Origin: Albugo candida
Taxonomy: Eukaryota
DNA: 20,000 nucleotides
Reading direction: 5' to 3'
Assembly (NCBI GenBank): GCA_040437565.1
Contig: JBDOQK010000014.1
Location: 552,300 to 572,299, forward strand
In this document: one piece after another, positions 1-9,665 of the stretch
Position numbering within the stretch: the stretch's first letter is position 1
How the letters are laid out: each line of letters begins with the position of its first letter
Program-made: the position numbers and the translations under genes
The notes under the pieces: model-generated
Seen by the model: the letters and a program-made list of their open reading frames with translations, nothing else
Databases searched by the model: none
Told to the model about the DNA's origin: nothing

Positions 1-533
1 AACTTTACCCCACTGCACAATACAATTTGTCTCTAATTCAGCTTCTAGATGATATATTTCAACTCAAATGTAGGCTTCGTCTTGGACATGATTTTCTAAA
101 ATGCTTCCTTCGGGATCATCCTGGTAGTTGAATACTTCCCGTATATAGATACGTAGATAAGATAGATTGACGGCCTTTTCCGCATTACACAATAACTTAT
201 CAAAATGCTTCAGAATACGATAGCTCGTTAGCACGTCGTGTCAGATGCAAATTTTTTATACCCGTAATTAAAACTAAATAATATAGGCTCCGATTACTCC
301 GAAGCGCTAAAGTAATGAGCTATCTATGGTTGAGATAGTGTTACTGTTCAAATAAGTATCAATAGACGGATCTATTCGAGAAGAGCAACTCGTGCAGAAC
401 GGATAAATGGCGCTCTAGGAATTATCCAAAAAATGCAGCAGCAGGGCAAACAGTAATCTTGCTAGAAATGGAGCGAGAATATCATCTAGAAGTTGAATTA
501 GAGACAAATTATATTGTGCAGTGGGGTAAAGTT
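1..533. repeat. Recent inverted repeat, 1-55 versus 479-533
   Basis: 53/55 identity between 1-55 and the reverse complement of 479-533. The left arm runs off the window edge. Confidence 0.92.
70..375 (-). pseudogene. Paralogous relic of the same unidentified protein
   Basis: IAHYF...HDVLTSYRILKHFDKLLC...LSYLRIYIRE...DPEGSILENHV aligns with 13960-14235. Confidence 0.55.
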
Positions 534-570
534 AATTTGACAGGAAGACTGCGGTGTGCAATGACTAATA

Positions 571-598
571 TGGGTGACCCCACATGTGGGGTCACCCA
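571..598. repeat. Perfect 28-bp palindrome
   Basis: TGGGTGACCCCACA|TGTGGGGTCACCCA with no spacer. Confidence 0.95.
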
Positions 599-2399
599 CC
601 TTACCACACTCAACACGATTGTATCGCATAGAAGAACATTTCTCATAATTCGGCATGTCTTGTTCGCATAATTACCAGATGGGCTCCCACTTATGTCCAG
701 CTGAGAAACTGAGATGGATTTTGCGTTGTATTAGCAAAGACGATGAGTCGAGCAAAGATGAAGGTGCCAGAAACCATTTCGGATTACATGTGTCCCGGTA
801 AACCCCAATTTAAACCTAAAACTGAACATAATTTCTTTTTGGCATTTTGTTTCAGTATAATGCACGCCAACGACATCATTACCAGCCGTTCCGCGAACGC
901 AGTATGTGCGATTGCATTTTAACTTGATGAAGTCAGATTGTTCACCAGGTCTTTTTTCTACCTTGCACACCCTTCTTTTCATTACCTCGTTTCCTGACTT
1001 CAGCAAGAGAGCCACGAATCTGTTGTAATCTACGTGCACACTAAAAGCACATGTATCGCCATGTAATATATGCTCTACATAAATAATGATACGATAGCTA
1101 GCAATATTTTCTGGTTGTTTTCCCGCTTTACTTTATCCTTTGATAAGCACCTAGCCAAGTCAATGTCATCTAGGCTTTGCTTCAAACTTGAGATACAAAT
1201 ATACTCCGCTTTTTAATTCTTCGTGCAAGCTCTGAGTAGCCAGCGATCACTTTTATCGCGCGTGTATCACCAAGTGCATCAATACTATGTTCGGATTCGA
1301 CCGCCATGTTATATTCGGAGCACCCTTACACTGATACCAATCACCATTCCGTGTCACAAAAGAGGTTATTGCAAGATCCTCATTAGATGTGTCACATGGA
1401 CATGTTCATGCTTTATAAGGTAATTATGCTGGATGGAAGCAAGCTTTATAAATCTATGTGACCCAGTTATTCGAATTATGGGTCACGAAAGGCTCTATCG
1501 ATTTGCATCGCAATCCGAAGCAACGTCGTCTCAGAATCACAATAGAAGCTACCGGGTCGAACACATTTCCATTTTGGAAGTACCTTCTTGATTCTGCTCA
1601 CTATCGCATTTGCATATGCCAATTGATGCAAATGCAAGATTTGTGAATAGCGCATGATTCTTGAAAATTGTAGCTGGCATCGCTCGAGACTTGTATATAT
1701 CTTCATCTCCGTGATCCAAACATTGCATGAAGTCTGGGTTAATCGACACTTAGGCCATAAAAGAATTGGTAAGATATACCAACTCATTTCAACTACCTCG
1801 ACCAAATTTACATTAGCCATAAAAATCCATATTCGGCGCTTTTACCTATGCTGAAAGACGAATAAATCCTAGTCTTCCTTCGACCCTTCCGCGTTCGGCA
1901 AATTAGACAAGTATGGACGAAGTTACTTCTTTCATCATCCGAGGATGTAGTGTGACACTATCTTAGGCTTTAGAATACGGCACGTTGTAGCAATTTCACC
2001 ATATCGACTAACGAGCAACCGTTATCTGAGCTCAGGGAGTCCATATAATGCATCAGCTTTTTACGAGAATCTGCGTTTCCGTACGGTTTCATTATCGAGA
2101 TGAAGGAATCTTTAAAAGGGTTTTTATCAATTATGGCGGACTTCTCGGTTCGCTCGACACGACATGTCAGCCATTGTGCAAACGATGGACGGCGGCCCAT
2201 AGATGCGATACACTAAATGTGTTGGTGCGACAGCGGGGGCTTTGGCGATTATAGTAGAGGCAGCTTCGCACTTTAACGAGAATTATTTGCAAGCTTGCCC
2301 CAGGAGTTGAAGCAAATCAAATTACATGTCTCATCCCAGTGCGAAAAAAAATCAAAACGAGACCTAATCAGCAGCCACCACTCTTTTATAATCGCGACT

Positions 2400-3315
2400 T
2401 TGGGACGGGATCAATCATGGCACTTTCTAAGAATTTATTGGAAGACTGTACGAGGAAAATTACCTTTACTTCGATACCGCAAAGTATCGATACAATCAAG
2501 AGCTCAAGATCACTATCTTTTGAGTCAAAGGAGGTATGCTTTGACGCACCTCGTACAGCATGACATAAGAATTCCACTCGAGTTTTACTTGTGTCGGAAC
2601 CCAGCTAGTATATTAACAAAGCTATCCCTTTCAGCAGAATGCCTACCTGGTGCGCACGATTGGTAAAAATATTAGACCAAGAAAAAGTAAAGCTGGTTCA
2701 AGTTGAGACCGCTTCTCATTTTTGCCACGCTCTCCGAAAACATTACGCGTATGATCGTGAAGAGTATTGATGCGCATCGAACAAGCATCTTCTCAACACC
2801 GACTCTAGCTCACGATTGTGTTTTCAAACAGATGGCAAGATCGAGGTATCAAAGAAGGTCTGGATGGTCTTGTATGGAGATCTCGAACAGCATCCAAACA
2901 TGACTCTCATCATTATCAATACTTGCGGAAAGCTCTTTGATGGTCTCGGGAGCCGCATCAAATTTGGAACGGATTGCTATTACGGACCGGCTGTTTTCGG
3001 ATACTTCTAATGGACGGATAAAGTCGGCTCTGGTTATTTCTGATGAGATTTTTGTGTTTTTTGATAGACAATTGGCACGTGCCGTGTTAGTTAACGATTT
3101 TCATAGGACACTCCCAATGCACTTTGAGACATAGCGATCTCGAATCACCAGTCGTGGCAAAAAGCGCTGAGGTACAAGTGCAATAAGATGCATTGACCTC
3201 GTTCTTCTCCTTTTGTCAAATCGAACATGGAAGCAGCGGCAGTCGATGAGGGTACTGGTACAGGGTCAGACACGTCATTTGCATCTACTATGACGGAAGG
3301 AGCGGGATTGTTCAA
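2400..3315 (-). pseudogene. EIF2S2: Second, more decayed eIF2-beta pseudogene
   Basis: VDANDVSDPVPVPSSTAAASMFDLTK aligns with VDATDESILAPVPSSSIDFASMFCLTK of the 9666 copy, and DNA similarity continues to about 2945. Weaker downstream blocks are QDHPDLL...ARVGVEKML and KHTSFDSKDSDLELLIVSILCG. The 3' boundary is uncertain. Confidence 0.6.
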
Positions 3316-3920
3316 GTGACTCGATGTATTGGATTTCTTTACAACCATTCGATAGACGGTAGGGCAACCATCCGAAATCACGAGATAAAGCGTGTGGTGT
3401 ACAAGGAACTGCTATGGCGAGTTCTAAGTTGGTCGAGAGGGATGGATCATGATTCTAGAAAAGCATGGGATATGATAGGTATTTGCTGGATTCATGATCG
3501 ATGTGGCAGTAGGGATGTATGGTCACAAATAAGTGCAGGATACTACAGAGTCCTCGATGGAGCACCCTTATCAACTGGTATGAGCTACAAAATAGGATCA
3601 TCGGATAAAGTCAATGAATCGTCCAATGCGCGGTGGTTGTAGCTGAGAGTGCTGACTTGTATAAAAGGAGATTGTGGCATCGAATAGAGAAATCACATGG
3701 GTTGAGGAGTGCAGTGTTGTACAAGGAGTGTTTGAGCAAATGGTAGTCAGAAACGAAGGATTAAGACTGTAAACTAAATCAATTAAAAAAATAAAAAACG
3801 GACTTATTGAGAAAATTGTGACGCGTGGTCAGACAGACAGACAGACTAGAACGCGGAGTTAGCGCTATGGGAAAACTGAACGGCACCACGCACCTTATCC
3901 CTCAATGGTGTTGCAGGTCG

Positions 3921-4085
3921 TCAATTGCTGATCTGACAAATAGGGTCAGACGGGTTTGTTGTACAGTATTCTATGTAACACTCCTTATTGCCACGTGTAC
4001 TTCGACAATCACTTCCTGAAACCGATATGAACATGACCATAGTAACGACGGCGAGTAGGACAATGAGGGAGTTGAAGATTGACAT
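3921..4085 (-). CDS. Small secreted cysteine-rich peptide, 54 aa (candidate effector): MSIFNSLIVLLAVVTMVMFISVSG-SDCRSTRGNKECYIEYCTTNPSDPICQISN
   Basis: Starts at the second Met of track ORF 3921..4151 (ATG at 4085). It has a hydrophobic signal-peptide-like N-terminus ending V-S-G and a 30-aa mature part with C-X8-C-X4-C-X8-C. An Inr+FPR motif lies about 20-35 nt upstream of this ATG. Confidence 0.8.
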   Translation of the reverse strand: MSIFNSLIVLLAVVTMVMFISVSGSDCRSTRGNKECYIEYCTTNPSDPICQISN

Positions 4086-4104
4086 TCTTTTGTGCTTGTA
4101 GCAG

Positions 4105-4120
4105 GTAAATTCCAAAATGA
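4105..4120 (-). promoter_or_regulatory. Oomycete core promoter Inr+FPR
   Basis: Minus strand reads TCATTTT-GG-AATTTAC, matching Inr YCAYTYY followed by FPR MWTTTNC. Predicted TSS is about 4118, giving a 5'UTR of about 33 nt. Confidence 0.75.
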
Positions 4121-4238
4121 AGTTTATCCCGAGCTTGAAAGTTTTGAACATTCGGGTTCAGTTTCGTTCTAGCCATTTCTGCATTATTTCTAGCTGTTCT
4201 GTGAATTCACCAATCAGACTCAGTAATATTGGTAAAAG

Positions 4239-5222
4239 GGAAAGGCGGCAAGGAAAGTCAGGCGAAAGGCGAAAGGTGGCAAGAAAACGCAGATGGTAAG
4301 GGAGGGTCGAGAGAAAAAGTCAGAGGAAAGGCGGCAAGGAAAGTCAGGCGAAAGGCGAAAGGTGGCAAGAAAACGCAGATGGTAAGGGAGGGTCGAGAGA
4401 AAAAGTCAGAGGAAAGGCGGCAAGGAAAGTCAGGCGAAAGGCGAAAGGTGGCAAGAAAACGCAGATGGTAAGGGAGGGTCGAGAGAAAAAGTCAGAGGAA
4501 AGGCGGCAAGGAAAGTCAGGCGAAAGGCGAAAGGTGGCAAGAAAACGCAGATGGTAAGGGAGGGTCGAGAGAAAAAGTCAGAGGAAAGGCGGCAAGGAAA
4601 GTCAGGCGAAAGGCGAAAGGTGGCAAGAAAACGCAGATGGTAAGGGAGGGTCGAGAGAAAAAGTCAGAGGAAAGGCGGCAAGGAAAGTCAGGCGAAAGGC
4701 GAAAGGTGGCAAGAAAACGCAGATGGTAAGGGAGGGTCGAGAGAAAAAGTCAGAGGAAAGGCGGCAAGGAAAGTCAGGCGAAAGGCGAAAGGTGGCAAGA
4801 AAACGCAGATGGTAAGGGAGGGTCGAGAGAAAAAGTCAGAGGAAAGGCGGCAAGGAAAGTCAGGCGAAAGGCGAAAGGTGGCAAGAAAACGCAGATGGTA
4901 AGGGAGGGTCGAGAGAAAAAGTCAGAGGAAAGGNNNNNNNNNNNNNNNNNNNNNNNNNNNNNNNNNNNNNNNNNNNNNNNNNNNNNNNNNNNNNNNNNNN
5001 NNNNNNNNNNNNNNNNNNNNNNNNNNNNNNNNNAAGGCGAAAGGTGGCAAGAAAACGCAGATGGTAAGGGAGGGTCGAGAGAAAAAGTCAGAGGAAAGGC
5101 GGCAAGGAAAGTCAGGCGAAAGGCGAAAGGTGGCAAGAAAACGCAGATGGTAAGGGAGGGTCGAGAGAAAAAGTCAGAGGAAAGGAACGGCGGCAAGGAA
5201 AGTCAGAGAAAAGGGCGGCAAA
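4239..5222. repeat. 86-bp purine-rich tandem repeat (minisatellite/satellite), at least 10 copies, interrupted by an N gap
   Basis: AAAGGCGGCA recurs at 4241, 4327 and 4413 (period 86). About 8 apparently identical copies precede gap 4934-5033 and about 1.8 follow it, then a degenerate tail. Confidence 0.97.
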
Positions 5223-5741
5223 AATACAGGTGATATTGAAACGATGCTTTTAACATAACGGATATTCAGATAAGATGCGGATACTAGTAAGGCTTAGTAG
5301 ATTAACTGTGAAGCGAACTATTTTCTAAATATAACGTACTTGCAAATTTAGTGCTACTGTAAAAGTAAGGAAAGGTCAGCAAAATGCAGTCGGAATAGTC
5401 ATGTAAAAGAAGGACAGGAAGAATAATCAGTAGATAGGAAAAGCAGTAAAAAAGTCAAGAGTAACCGAAAGACCGCACTTTGACGATGAAGCTCCTCTGT
5501 ACGGTTGAACTATCTAGCTAAGTACAGGTTTAGGCTCCAAGGTTAATTCTACTTTTGATTTTACCCCCTGTGTTAAAGAATTCTCCCTCTGCAAGCTACC
5601 AACAAATACTACAAGGAAAGCCAAGTCAAAAAGGACAGGCGAAAAAAATCATGTGGAGCCGCAAGATAAAGCAGGTGGGAAAGGAAAGGCGAAAAGCTGG
5701 GGAAAATTGTAACTATAGTCTATACAAACACAATCGATTAT

Positions 5742-5880
5742 TGTAGATGATCTGTAACCAACGACACCCAGGGAAATTCGGAAGTACTTGTATTAGGTCC
5801 TTAGTTCACTTAACAGTTAATCTAAGCCTTTATAAACTACAGCATCTTATCTGCACATCCGTTATGTTGAATATCCAACA
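5742..5880 (-). repeat. 3' LTR (139 bp)
   Basis: Direct repeat of 7258-7402, preceded on the minus strand by the polypurine tract GAGGAGGAG (5881-5889). Confidence 0.93.
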
Positions 5881-6588
5881 CTCCTCCTCAACATACTTAG
5901 TCGGATTCCACTTGACTTAATGAGGTGTTCGAAGTGTTTTGTCGATATTGACTTTGTCAAGAAGTCGGCTAGTTGCAGTTTCGTTGGGATGTAGTTTAAT
6001 CGGATAACTGCGGATTTAATGTGCTGGCGAATAAAATGATGCCTGATGTCGATATGCTTCGCTCGACTCTGATAACCATCGTTTGTTGCAATTGCGATTG
6101 CGCTCTGATTATCCACAAAAAGTTGGATAGGCCTGTCGAACTGTTGTTCCATTTCTCGCAATAGCTGCTTCACCCATATAATTTCTTGCACGCACTCGGA
6201 CATTGCCATGTACTCAGCTTCAGCTGAGCTAAGCGCAATGCTCTTTTGCAGTCGGGATTTGTATACAACTGGAGTTCCATTTATCATGATCATAATGCCT
6301 GATGTTGAACGTCGATCATCGCGACTGCCCCCCAATCTGAATCGCTGTAGGCTTTGACCATCATCCTTCATTTTCACCGGTGAATATCAAACCAAGTTCC
6401 GAAGTTGTCTTCATATATCTGAGGACTCGAATCCCTGCATTCCAATGGGCCATACACGGATCCTCCAAGAATCGACTTAATTCACATACTGCAAATGCTA
6501 CGTCTGGTCTGGTGCTCATTGCGATATAAAGTAGGGATCCAATCAACGAACGATATGGCCTGTTCTTCAGGCGTTCATCTTCACTTAA
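5862..6588 (-). pseudogene. copia pol C-terminus (RT end + RNase H), with frameshifts near 6330-6365
   Basis: IGSLLYIAMSTRPDVAFAV...HWNAGIRVLRY; AYSDSDWG in a shifted frame; DDRRSTSG, ALSSAEAEY, VDNQSAI, RAKHIDIRHHFIR, QLADFLTK. Confidence 0.93.
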
Positions 6589-6698
6589 NNNNNNNNNNNN
6601 NNNNNNNNNNNNNNNNNNNNNNNNNNNNNNNNNNNNNNNNNNNNNNNNNNNNNNNNNNNNNNNNNNNNNNNNNNNNNNNNNNNNNNNNGCATATTGTC

Positions 6699-7253
6699 CT
6701 ACCCTCGGCGAAGAATTTCACGCGCACTCATCAAGGCGATTCCAGACATGTTTTTCAGGATTCGTGTGATGTGTTCATAGTCTTCAGACAGACTACCCAA
6801 AAGCACCACGAGCATTTCCTGCTCATCCATCACGTATCCGATAGACGACATGCTCATCGCTAGTTCATCGAACTTCATCATATGTTCCATCAAGCTGCTA
6901 CCTCTATCCATCTTGAAGTCGTGCAGCTGACGTCGAACTTGCACTCGATTGTGTAAACTTCACCGAGCAAAACAGTCCTTCAATGTATCCCAAAGCTGCC
7001 TCGTCGATGTCATATTTCGGATCATCGACTGGTATTGAGTGCTGAGCGTCATCGACAAGATGGAAAAGGCCTTCAAGTCGTTCGCTCTCCACACTGCCAC
7101 CGCTGTATCGTCATCACTCTTTATGTTTACTGGTCCGTCAATATGGTCCAGTAGACCCTTCCTCGCCAGTCTCTTGCGTGCGTTGAACTCCCGATAAAAG
7201 TAGTTGTCGTCCTTGAGCACGTCATTGCTCGAATCTGCTGCGTTTGGGCTCAT
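6699..7253 (-). pseudogene. copia gag (UBN2/Retrotran_gag-like), frameshifted
   Basis: DNYFYREFNARKRLARKGLLDHI...KAFSILSMTLS...QLWDTLK, then a frame switch near 6950 to RRQLHDFKM...EHMMKFDEL...VVLLGSLSEDYEHI. Confidence 0.85.
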
Positions 7254-7257
7254 AATC
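7244..7257 (-). promoter_or_regulatory. Primer-binding site, copia half-tRNAiMet type
   Basis: GATTATGAGCCCAA directly after the 5' LTR, similar to the copia PBS GGTTATGGGCCCAG. It contains the probable gag ATG (7253). Confidence 0.7.
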
Positions 7258-7402
7258 TGTAGATGATCTGTAACCAACGACACCCAGGGAGCTTTAAAAT
7301 CGGAAGTACTTGTATTAGGTCCTTAGTTCCCTTAACAGTCAATCTAAGCCTCTACAAACTACCGCATCTTATCTGCACATCCGTTATGTTAAACGTCCAA
7401 CA
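7258..7402 (-). repeat. 5' LTR (145 bp)
   Basis: Minus strand TGTTGG...CTACA. Differs from the 3' LTR by about 8-9 substitutions and one short indel. Confidence 0.93.
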
Positions 7403-7682
7403 ATTATACTGACTCAGAATGCCTAAGGCTAAGGCTCAAATTCACAAAACATATGATTTTGGAAGTCGCCGCCTAAAAGCATACAGCAATGGTTTCTTTC
7501 AACTTTGCATTGCGCAAGTCAACCAAGGTCTAAGTGCGGCGGATACCTAGATCTAGGTACGGATACCTTGTGGCTGAACCACTCATTTAAATCAGGGTTG
7601 TTTACACTTAGTTACAGATATACGTTTCAGGTTTTACTCTCTGCTAGAGTAAAATCTTACATTTTAAGAATCGATAAAAATA

Positions 7683-8571
7683 GGGAATTGCGATTTCCAC
7701 CTAACATTTTACTATTTCAACCCGCCACGTGACTTTTTGACCTATCAGATTACGGCGGTGTTTCCACCCCACTACTCCAAGATATGGCTACAGTTTCATA
7801 GGCCTGCATGCCGATCGAAGGTATCAGAACTCATAGCTGCAAACCCTTCTGTGATCCCAATTCTAGATCAGCCAACTTTCTCATGCTTTTCCATGAACTG
7901 CGTCGTTCGCAAACAGTAAAGTACGCCTTTACGGATCGCCATCATCTGTCGTCTGTATACTACCTTTCGCGAGAAAGTCTTTGCGAATTGAAAGTACGTT
8001 CATTCTGAGAAATGGACTGATAAGGACAGCGATCTTTTGCCGTATTTCTTCAAACACGAGCAAAAATTAAAGTAACTTGTAAACACATTTGTAACTTGTT
8101 TAAGCCGGTTTTGAAGCGCACAGACACCCTGCGGTTGCACTGTTAGGAAAAAGACTATCGTTTCTAGATGTTGCACGTATCTGTTTACAGTGGACTTGGC
8201 ATCTTTATACCGCTATACCGTTTGTGTGCATCGCCTGAATTCTGAAGTGCCCTGTGGTGCAATCGAGGGCACGTTTACAAAAGGTTTGTACTAGCAGAAT
8301 TCTTTGTACTGAAAAGGGTACTCTACATTATCTCTTACGGATGCGACACGGATAGCCACTTTCCATACTATTAGAGTGATGCCGCCCATGGAAGCTTATA
8401 TACATCCAGGGATGGTCTACCAGTCAATCCTGGTGAAAGAAGTGCCCATATCATGAAAGGGTGGGTGGAAATAGTAAAAATCTTTGGTGGAAATAACGCC
8501 GTAATATGATTGGCCAAAAAGTCTTGTGGTGGCTGGAAATAGTAAGAAGTTGGGTGGAAATATCAATTCCG
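7683..8571. mobile_element. Non-autonomous TIR DNA transposon (MITE-like), TA-flanked
   Basis: Imperfect TIRs of about 86 bp at 7683-7768 and 8486-8571 (GGAATTG..ATTTCCACC..TTACTATTTC..GACTTTTTG..ATTACGGCG..TTTCCACC). TA lies at 7681-7682 and 8572-8573. No transposase ORF was seen. Confidence 0.8.
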
Positions 8572-9665
8572 TAAATAGGAGTTCCCCTTTTGATCTGTCA
8601 GAGACACGTGCCTTGTCAAGGCGTCCCAGATCTTGTAAGAGTCACTCAGTCAAGCCTTGTGAAGTAGTAGACTCTTAAACACTTTGTGTTGTCGATTCTC
8701 TGAATCGTTAGGTCCCTTGAACAAGGACGTTGAGCCCTAAAGCTTGTTGAATCGTTGAGTCAAGTTCTTTGAGAAACTAAATTGCTCTTTGAGATCCCTA
8801 TCTTTTGCTTGAGATAATCAACCCGTCTTTTAACTTGAACTTAGTGTTGGTGTCTCTCTTCCTCCATTACCAACTACCATTTGCTCAACCACGCTACTTG
8901 TCGAGTCAGTTCGGTAGCAAGTGAATGAATTCGTGTGTCACAGCCATTTGAACGAGTAGATTTGCGCAGTATCACCTAACTGGCGTTTATCTTACAGCAT
9001 GATGCATCAGTAATGCCCATGTGCTCTCTATATTGCACAATCCACCAGCATTTACACATTGTCGAAAGCAGAAGCCTCGCAAACGATTTATAAATCCTTC
9101 TTTAATAAAGTTGATTTTGTTTGGAATTTATGACCAAGAATTTATATCCGCTTTTGACCGATAAATGTCGAAAATTTGCTAAATAGCGCACGAGCCGCAT
9201 AGTTGCAGACATGAAGACATACAGTTTGGAAACCGAGATGGTTTCTCTTTTGCAGAGTCATGTTAGACTCGAAATAATAATCACAGGGTAGTCAACTGTT
9301 CGGTATTCTAAAAAAAAAATCAAAAACCCGATTATGTAACAATTATGTACATTGAATTTGCTGGCAGAATTCTCCGCGCCGAAAGAATCATCAGGGTGGT
9401 CAAAGAAAATAGAAGTAGTCTACTCTTCTATGGAATTGAAAACCCCTGCTGCCACATCGAGCATGAAATTAGCAAACACCTATCATAAGACAACCCTTTT
9501 TAGCATTATGATCCTTCACTCTCTACCAGCAATTTATATCGACACCACAGAATCGGGATTTCTTAATGTGACCCTACCGTTCGATGAATGAAGAGAAAGA
9601 AAACCATCATATCAAATCACTTTAGAGCTAGATTGTCCTGTTCTAAAACGTATCCTATATATATC

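Larger units (their letters stand above)
80..3747 (-). repeat. Arm A of a degenerate inverted segmental duplication
   Basis: Collinear matches to 8873-14240, e.g. ACTACCATTTGCTCAA, CTGCCACATCGA.CATGAA, AATCGATAGAGCCTTT, TGGCTAGGTGCT..T.AAAGGATAAA, GAGCCCATCTGGTA and TACGTATCTATATA. Confidence 0.85.
5742..7402 (-). mobile_element. Ty1/copia LTR retrotransposon with both LTRs, degenerate; central part hidden by gap 6589-6688
   Basis: Direct LTRs at 5742-5880 and 7258-7402 (TG...CA). 5-bp TSD ATTAT at 5737-5741 and 7403-7407. PBS, PPT, gag and RT/RNase H remnants are present. Confidence 0.95.

Noticed and set aside
1130-1200. LKQSLDDIDLARC as the copia RT motif LKKSLYGLKQA.R.W
   Set aside because: The match is weak and the spacing to the putative D.AF motif is about three times too long.
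4086-4151. Longer 76-aa version of the peptide ORF
   Set aside because: The upstream ATG lies 5' of the Inr+FPR motif, and the extension would bury the signal peptide.
4239-5222. CRISPR-like array
   Set aside because: Units are contiguous and identical with no unique spacers, there are no cas genes, and the context is eukaryotic.
4229-5233. Lys/Arg/Gly-rich ORFs and their antisense ORF in the 86-bp array
   Set aside because: The period is not a multiple of 3 and stops recur. These ORFs are by-products of the repeat.
8596-8941. Possible solo LTR (TGTCAG...GTCACA)
   Set aside because: No TSD (TGATC vs GCCAT) and no partner copy in the window.
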